Made by a program: the position numbers and the translations under genes. From a virus, in the UHGV virus genome UHGV-1676273: a stretch of 12,770 nt of DNA; one strand, given 5' to 3'. Shown here one piece after another: positions 7,713 to 12,770 of this stretch. Position 1 is the stretch's first letter. Each line of letters opens with the position of its first letter. The notes below the pieces were generated by a model. That model was given only the letters and a program-made list of their open reading frames with translations. It was not told the origin of the DNA and searched no databases.

Positions 7713-8456
7713 ATGACCACACCAAATCCACTGGCAAAAACGAAAGGTGCGGGAACGACGTTCTGGATGTACACCGGCAAGGGCGATGCGTTTGCGAACC
7801 CTTTATCGGACACTGACTGGCTGCGTCTTGCGATGGTGAAGGATCTGCAACCTGGCGAAATGACCGCTGATGCAGAAGATGACACTTATCTCGATGATGA
7901 AGATGCAGACTGGAAAACGACAACCCAGGGGCAGAAATCCGTCGGTGATACTTCGGCGACGCTGGCCTGGCGTCCGGGTGACAGCGGGCAGAAAAAACTG
8001 GTTCAGTTGTTCGACTCCGGTGAAGTCTGCGCGTTTCGTATCAAATATCCCAACGGTACTGTTGATGTTTTCCGTGGCTGGCTGAGTTCACTGGGTAAAA
8101 CCATTGCCTCAAAAGACGTGATGACCCGCACCGTGAAAATCAGCGGTGTGGGGCGTCCGTATCTGGCAGAGGAGGGCACTGAAACCGTGGGCGTTACCGG
8201 GCTGACGGTGGCACCGGCATCCGCCAGTGTCAATGTGGGAGCAACCACCACGCTGACCTTTACAGTAAAACCTGACGGAGCCAGTGACAAAGCGATCAGT
8301 GTGCATTCGACAGATCCACAGACTGCCACGGTGACCCTGAACGGGCTTGTGGCCACGGTGAAAGGCGTGAAGCAGGGCAGTGTCAGCATTGTGGGCATGA
8401 CTTCTGACGGCGATTTTGTGGCAGTGGCTACGGTGGCTGTCAGCGCCGCAGGTTAA
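7713..8456 (+). CDS. V: Major tail protein V with C-terminal Ig-like domain (247 aa)
   Basis: Close match to recalled lambda gpV: KGAGTTFWMY, ANPLSDTDW, YLDDEDADW, NGTVDVFRGW, and a C-terminal Ig-like segment (TVAPASASVNVGATTTLTF...). AAGGAGGTGG SD with 5-nt spacer before ATG 7713. The track start at 7638 is an upstream extension. Confidence 0.92.
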   Translation: MTTPNPLAKTKGAGTTFWMYTGKGDAFANPLSDTDWLRLAMVKDLQPGEMTADAEDDTYLDDEDADWKTTTQGQKSVGDTSATLAWRPGDSGQKKLVQLFDSGEVCAFRIKYPNGTVDVFRGWLSSLGKTIASKDVMTRTVKISGVGRPYLAEEGTETVGVTGLTVAPASASVNVGATTTLTFTVKPDGASDKAISVHSTDPQTATVTLNGLVATVKGVKQGSVSIVGMTSDGDFVAVATVAVSAAG

Positions 8457-8476
8457 CAGGACGATACTCATCATTT

Positions 8477-8500
8477 GCCCCGGTTATCCGGGGCTTTTTT
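8477..8500. terminator. Rho-independent terminator/attenuator between V and G
   Basis: GCCCCGG-TTAT-CCGGGGC hairpin (7-bp GC stem) at 8477-8494 followed by TTTTTT at 8495-8500, 21 nt after the V stop. Confidence 0.7.
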
Positions 8501-8516
8501 GCAGGTGGAGAACATG

Positions 8517-8903
8517 ATGTTTCTGAAACAGGGCACGTTTAATTATGAAAAACAGTCCGTGGTGCTCAGTGAGCTGTCCGGGCTGCAGAGAATTGAATAT
8601 CTGGCGTTTGTTCAGCAGCGAACGGCAAAGTTTGATGCCGGGGAGGGAGAACTGCCGGAGGCTGAACGACAGATTGCTTTTCTGCGGATGGGGATGGATA
8701 TCAATGCCTGGCTGGTTTCCCGCTCACTGTGGAATGCGGATCAGTCTAAGGATGTAGAGACGCTTTGCGCATCCGTTATTACAACATGGTCGTATGATGC
8801 CCTGGGGGCGGGGGCGGAGATGGTTCTGTCGCTGAGCGGTATGGGGGCCATTGAGAATGCCGGGGATTTGGAGCATGAGGTGCTGACGCCGGAAAAGTCC
8901 TGA
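8517..8903 (+). CDS. G: Tail assembly chaperone G (128 aa)
   Basis: N-terminus MFLKQGTF...VVLSELSGLQRIEYLAF resembles lambda gpG (MFLKTESFE...TLSELSALQRIEHLA). GGTGGAG SD with 6-nt spacer to ATG 8517 (ATG 8514 also possible). Sits directly upstream of the tape measure gene. Confidence 0.85.
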   Translation: MFLKQGTFNYEKQSVVLSELSGLQRIEYLAFVQQRTAKFDAGEGELPEAERQIAFLRMGMDINAWLVSRSLWNADQSKDVETLCASVITTWSYDALGAGAEMVLSLSGMGAIENAGDLEHEVLTPEKS

Positions 8904-9241
8904 CGCGGGAAATGCAGTTTGTCATGCGGCTTGCCCGGGAGTTCCGGCGGGCAGACTGGCGGCGGATGCTGTCGGAAATGTCGGCCACTGAGCTTGGTGA
9001 GTGGGGCGATTATTTCCGGATGCAGAGCTTCAGTGATGTGTGGATGGATGCGCAGTTTGCCTCGCTGAAGGCATTGATCGTGAGAATGGTGTCCGGCAGC
9101 AGTGATGCTGCGGTGGCTGATTTCAGCCTTTTACCGGAAGAGAACGGGATACCGGAGCGAACGGACGAAGAACTGATGCATCTTGGAGAAGGTATTTCCG
9201 GAGGTGTGCGTTATGGACCAGATAGCCAACCTGGTCATTGA
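8517..9241 (+). CDS. Tail assembly chaperone G-T fusion made by -1 programmed frameshift near 8891-8897 (about 242 aa predicted)
   Basis: The -1 frame relative to G is open only from 8879 (TGA at 8876-8878) and runs to TGA 9239-9241, overlapping the H start. This matches the conserved G/GT arrangement upstream of tape measure genes. The only slippery candidate in the 8879-8900 overlap is G_GAA_AAG at 8891-8897, one nucleotide different from lambda G_GGA_AAG. Confidence 0.7.
8891..8897 (+). other. Candidate -1 ribosomal frameshift heptamer GGAAAAG (G_GAA_AAG in the G frame)
   Basis: It lies four codons before the G stop and is the only site inside the 22-nt window where the G frame and the T frame are both open. 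A-site AAG to AAA re-pairing of tRNA-Lys is a known shift-prone event in E. coli. Confidence 0.55.
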
Positions 9242-12200
9242 TTTGGGGATTGATGCGGCAGAGTTTAAAAATGAAATTCCCCGTATCAAAAACCTTCTGA
9301 ATGGTGCCGCCAGCGATGCAGAACGGTCTTCTGCCCGTATGCAGCGTTTTATGGAGCGTCAGACTCAGGCCGCCCGGCAGACAACGCAGGCGGCTTCTTC
9401 GGCTGCAACAGCCGCATCCGTCCATGCGCAGACGGTGGAGAAGAACGCACAGGCTCATGAACGCATGGCCCGCGAGGTGGAGAAAACCCGCCAGCGTATG
9501 GAGGCACTGAGCCAGAAAATGCGCGAGGAACAGGCGCAGGCCATGGCTCTGGCGGAGGCTCAGGATAAAGCGGCTGCTGCGTTTTATCGTCAGATTGACA
9601 GTGTGAAACAGGCCAGTGCGGGGCTGCAGGAATTACAGCGTATTCAGCAGCAGATCCGACAGGCCAGAAACAGTGGCGGGATTGGTCAGCAGGATTATCT
9701 GGCGCTGATTTCTGAGGTTACGGCGAAAACCCGTGTTCTTACACAGGCTGAGGAAGAGGCTACCCGACAGAAAGTGGCGTTTATCCGTCAGCTTAAAGAG
9801 CAGGCAACCCGCCAGAATCTTTCTTCTTCTGAGTTGCTTCGTGCTAAGGCTGCCCAGCTGGGGGTAAGCAGTGCTGCAGAAGTGTATATCCGCAAAATGG
9901 AGCAGGCAGGAAAAGCCACGCATTCGCTGGGTCTGAAAAGTGCAGCGGCCCGCCAGGAGATAGGCGTTCTGATAGGTGAACTGGCCCGCGGCAATTTAGG
10001 GGCGCTGAGGGGATCCGGGATAACGCTGGCTAACCGTGCCGGATGGATAGACACACTGATGTCACCGAAAGGCATGATGCTTGGCGGGGTTATTGGCGGT
10101 ATTGCCGCGGCCGTCTATGGTCTGGGTAAAGCCTGGTATGACGGTCAGAAGGAGGGGGAAGAATTTAACCGCCAGTTGTCGCTGACGGGGCATTATGCCG
10201 GAGTCACTGCCGGGCAGCTGTGGACGCTCAGTCGTGCTATTTCCGGGAATGGTATTACGCAACATGCTGCAGCCGGTGCGCTGGCTCAGGTGGTGGGGAG
10301 TGGTGCATTTCGTGGAAACGATATCGGTATGGTGGCGAGAGCTGCCGCACAGATGGAGCGATCGGTTGGCCAGTCGGTCAGCGATACCATAAATCAGTTT
10401 AAGCGGCTGAAGGATGATCCTGTAAATGCCGCGAAGGCTCTGGACAATGAGCTGCATTTTCTTACTGCCACTCAGCTTGAGCAGATACGTGTCCTTGGGG
10501 ATCAGGGACGGTCCAGTGATGCTGCACGGATAGCCATGTCTGCACTGGCAGAGGAAACCGGTCGGCGTACTGCGGATATTGATAATAACCTCAATGCGCT
10601 GGGCAGTACGCTGAAGTATCTGTCTGATTTATGGAGTCGTTTCTGGGATGCGGCCATGAATATTGGTCGTGAAGACTCGCTGGATGAACAGATTGCCGCT
10701 TTACAGGAGAAAGTGTCGCGGGCGAAAAGACTCCCCTGGACGGCATCATCTTCTCAGGTTGAATACGATCAGCAGCGTCTTAACGATCTTCAGGAGAAAA
10801 AACGCCAGAAGGATTTGCAGGATGCAAAAGAGCAGGCAGAGCGGAATTATCAGGAGCAACAGAAACGACGTAATGCTGAAAATGCTGCACTGAACCGGAT
10901 GAATGAAACGGAAGCAGCACGACATCAGCGTGAAATTGCGCGTATTAATTCCATGCAGTACGCCGATCAGGCTGTCAGGGATGCGGCGATACAACGTGAA
11001 AATGAACGTTACGAGAAAGCCCTGGCATCCGGTAAGAAAAAAACACGCGAAACCCGTAATGATGAGGCCACCCGGTTATTGCTGCAGTACAGTCAGCAAC
11101 AGGCACAGGTGGAAGGACAGATTGCTGCTGCCAGACAGTCAGCAGGCATTGCCACGGAAAGGATGACAGAAGCGCATAAACAGCTTCTGGCTCTGCAGCA
11201 GCGCATCAGCGACCTGGACGGGAAAAAACTGACGGCAGATGAAAAGAGTGTGCTGGCCCGTAAAGATGAACTGATTCAGGCACTGACGCTGCTGGATGTA
11301 AAACAGCAGGAGCTTCAGAAACAGACGGCACTCAACGAGCTGAAGAAAAAAACAATTCAGCTGACCAGTCAACTGGCTGAAGAAGAGCGCGCTCAGCGTC
11401 AGCAACATGACCTGGATATCGCCACGGTGGGTATGGGTGATCAGCAGCGGCAGCGATATCAGGTACAACTGAGTCTTCGCCAGAAATACCAGCAACAGCT
11501 GGAGCAGTTGAGGCGGGATAGTGAGCAGAAAGGGACATATAACACGGATGACTACAGAAAGGCCGAGCAGGCGCTGACGGAGAGCCTGAACCGACAACTG
11601 AATGAGAATCGCCGTTACTGGCAACAGCTTGAAGTTGTGCAGGGTAACTGGAAAAACGGAGTCCTGCGTGCATTTCAGGATTTTACCGTGGATGCAGATA
11701 ATACGGCAGGAACAGCAGAACAGGTGTTCTCGTCAGCCTTCAGCAACATGGGAAATGGCCTGGCAACTTTTGTCACTACCGGCAAACTCAACTTCAAATC
11801 CTTCACCTCTTCGGTGCTGTCAGATATGGCGAAAATCCTGGCGCAGGCAACCATGATGAAATCGATAAAAGGGATTGGCAGTGTACTGGGATTTGATCTC
11901 AGCAGCCTTTCCCTGAATGCCAATGGGGGGATTTATCAGTCTGCTGATTTGAGTCGCTACAGTGGCACGGTGGTTAACCGTCCGACGTTTTTTGCTTTTG
12001 CAAAAGGCGCGGGTGTGATGGGGGAAGCGGGACCTGAAGCCATTCTGCCACTGCGTCGTGGTGCTGACGGTAAGCTGGGGGTTGTGGCGGATATTGGTGG
12101 TTCAGGTATGGCGATGTTTGCCCCGCAGTACAACATCGAGATCAATAACGATGGCACGAACGGGCAGATAGGTCCGGCTGCCCTGAAGGTGGTTTATGAC

Positions 12201-12278
12201 CTCGGGAAAAAAGCGGCAGCGGACTTTATGCAACAGCAGGCCCGTGATGGTGGTCGGTTAAGTGGAGCATATCGGTAA
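9213..12278 (+). CDS. H: Tail tape measure protein H (1021 aa)
   Basis: Very long ORF rich in Gln/Glu/Arg/Ala coiled-coil sequence, with a Gly-rich hydrophobic segment (GMMLGGVIGGIAAAVYGLGKAWY). C-terminus INNDGTNGQIGPAALKVVYDLGKKAAADFMQQQARDGG matches recalled lambda gpH (INNDGTNGQIGPAALKAVYDMARKGARDEIQTQMRDGG). GGAGGTG SD with 6-nt spacer before ATG 9213; the track start at 9183 is rejected. Confidence 0.93.
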   Translation: MDQIANLVIDLGIDAAEFKNEIPRIKNLLNGAASDAERSSARMQRFMERQTQAARQTTQAASSAATAASVHAQTVEKNAQAHERMAREVEKTRQRMEALSQKMREEQAQAMALAEAQDKAAAAFYRQIDSVKQASAGLQELQRIQQQIRQARNSGGIGQQDYLALISEVTAKTRVLTQAEEEATRQKVAFIRQLKEQATRQNLSSSELLRAKAAQLGVSSAAEVYIRKMEQAGKATHSLGLKSAAARQEIGVLIGELARGNLGALRGSGITLANRAGWIDTLMSPKGMMLGGVIGGIAAAVYGLGKAWYDGQKEGEEFNRQLSLTGHYAGVTAGQLWTLSRAISGNGITQHAAAGALAQVVGSGAFRGNDIGMVARAAAQMERSVGQSVSDTINQFKRLKDDPVNAAKALDNELHFLTATQLEQIRVLGDQGRSSDAARIAMSALAEETGRRTADIDNNLNALGSTLKYLSDLWSRFWDAAMNIGREDSLDEQIAALQEKVSRAKRLPWTASSSQVEYDQQRLNDLQEKKRQKDLQDAKEQAERNYQEQQKRRNAENAALNRMNETEAARHQREIARINSMQYADQAVRDAAIQRENERYEKALASGKKKTRETRNDEATRLLLQYSQQQAQVEGQIAAARQSAGIATERMTEAHKQLLALQQRISDLDGKKLTADEKSVLARKDELIQALTLLDVKQQELQKQTALNELKKKTIQLTSQLAEEERAQRQQHDLDIATVGMGDQQRQRYQVQLSLRQKYQQQLEQLRRDSEQKGTYNTDDYRKAEQALTESLNRQLNENRRYWQQLEVVQGNWKNGVLRAFQDFTVDADNTAGTAEQVFSSAFSNMGNGLATFVTTGKLNFKSFTSSVLSDMAKILAQATMMKSIKGIGSVLGFDLSSLSLNANGGIYQSADLSRYSGTVVNRPTFFAFAKGAGVMGEAGPEAILPLRRGADGKLGVVADIGGSGMAMFAPQYNIEINNDGTNGQIGPAALKVVYDLGKKAAADFMQQQARDGGRLSGAYR

Positions 12279-12607
12279 TGGAGACGTTTCACTGGAAAGT
12301 GCGCCCGGATATGAATGTGGTATCAGAGCCGAAAGTGGTGACAGTGAAGCTGGGCGATGGTTATGAACAGCGTCGTGCGGCGGGACTGAATAACCAGTTG
12401 TCGACTTACAGCGTGACGATACGTGTTCGTAAATGTGAACACCCATCTTTAAAAGCCTTTCTGGAACGGCACGGTGGCGTCCGCGCATTTCAGTGGACGC
12501 CACCTTATGACTGGAAGCCGATCAGGGTGGTTTGTCGTAAATGGTCGGCAAGCGTGGGGGCGTTGTGGGTAACCATAACGGCAGATTTTGAACAGGTCGT
12601 GGCATAG
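12278..12607 (+). CDS. M: Minor tail protein M (109 aa)
   Basis: 109 aa, the same length as lambda gpM. Motifs FHWKVRPDM, GDGYEQR, KTYSV-like, WTPPYDWK and ADFEQVV match recalled lambda gpM. Start overlaps the H stop (TAATG). Confidence 0.92.
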   Translation: METFHWKVRPDMNVVSEPKVVTVKLGDGYEQRRAAGLNNQLSTYSVTIRVRKCEHPSLKAFLERHGGVRAFQWTPPYDWKPIRVVCRKWSASVGALWVTITADFEQVVA

Positions 12608-12616
12608 GAGGCTCTG

Positions 12617-12770
12617 ATGCAGGATATTCCACAGGAAACACATCATGAGACGACACGCCTCACTCAGTCAGCCCAGGTGGTGCTCTGGGAAATCGATCTG
12701 ACAGAGGTCGGTGGTGAACGTTATTTTTTCTGTAATGAGCAGAACGAAAAAGGTGAGCCGGTCACCTGGC
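12617..12770 (+). CDS. L: Minor tail protein L, 5' partial (first 51 codons; continues beyond the window)
   Basis: MQDIPQETHHETTRLTQSAQVVLWEIDLTEVGGERYFFCNEQNEKGEPVTW is nearly identical to the recalled lambda gpL N-terminus. AGGAGG SD at 12606-12611 with 5-nt spacer. Confidence 0.92.
   Translation, partial: MQDIPQETHHETTRLTQSAQVVLWEIDLTEVGGERYFFCNEQNEKGEPVTW

Noticed and set aside
8003-8474. Two overlapping minus-strand ORFs (131 and 121 aa) inside V
   Set aside because: Antisense to the well-supported major tail gene; no supporting start signals.
9183-9212. Upstream extension of the tape measure ORF in the track
   Set aside because: ATG 9213 has a strong GGAGGTG SD at optimal spacing, and the resulting N-terminus (MDQIANLVIDLGIDAAEF) parallels lambda gpH (MAEPVGDLVVDLSLDAARF).
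11139-11624. 161-aa minus-strand ORF inside the tape measure gene
   Set aside because: Leu-rich translation is the expected antisense image of the Gln/Glu-rich coiled-coil coding strand (CAG/CTG complementarity); not an independent gene.
1-12770. Looked for CRISPR repeats, tRNA-like sequences, IS inverted repeats, attachment sites and a cos site
   Set aside because: No regularly spaced direct repeats, no cloverleaf-compatible segments in the two short intergenic gaps, and no transposase or integrase ORFs. The cos/pac site would lie upstream of the small terminase gene, outside this window.

Overview
The whole window is one contiguous, co-directional (+ strand) late structural operon of a lambda-like (lambdoid) tailed phage or prophage, most likely from an Enterobacteriaceae host. 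Gene order follows the lambda head-tail map: 3' end of a small-terminase-like gene, large terminase (gpA family), gpW-like head completion protein, portal, a single long ORF fusing a ClpP-like prohead protease to a major capsid domain, a small protein of unknown function, gpFII-like, then the tail genes Z, U, V, G/G-T (with a -1 frameshift), tape measure H, M and the 5' end of L. Genes are tightly packed with overlapping stop/start codons; the only intergenic gaps (6037-6122 and 8457-8516) carry hairpin/terminator-like structures. I see no rRNA, tRNA, CRISPR array, IS element, integrase, or inserted cargo/defence genes, and no space for one. I do not find a convincing undescribed system here. 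The items worth a second look are the protease-capsid fusion, the variant G-T slippery site, the enlarged tape measure protein and the intra-operon terminators. All homology statements rest on reading the translated ORFs and on recalled lambda protein sequences, not on database searches. Start codons were re-picked by ribosome-binding-site spacing, and the supplied ORF track appears to allow non-ATG starts, so several track ORFs begin too far upstream.
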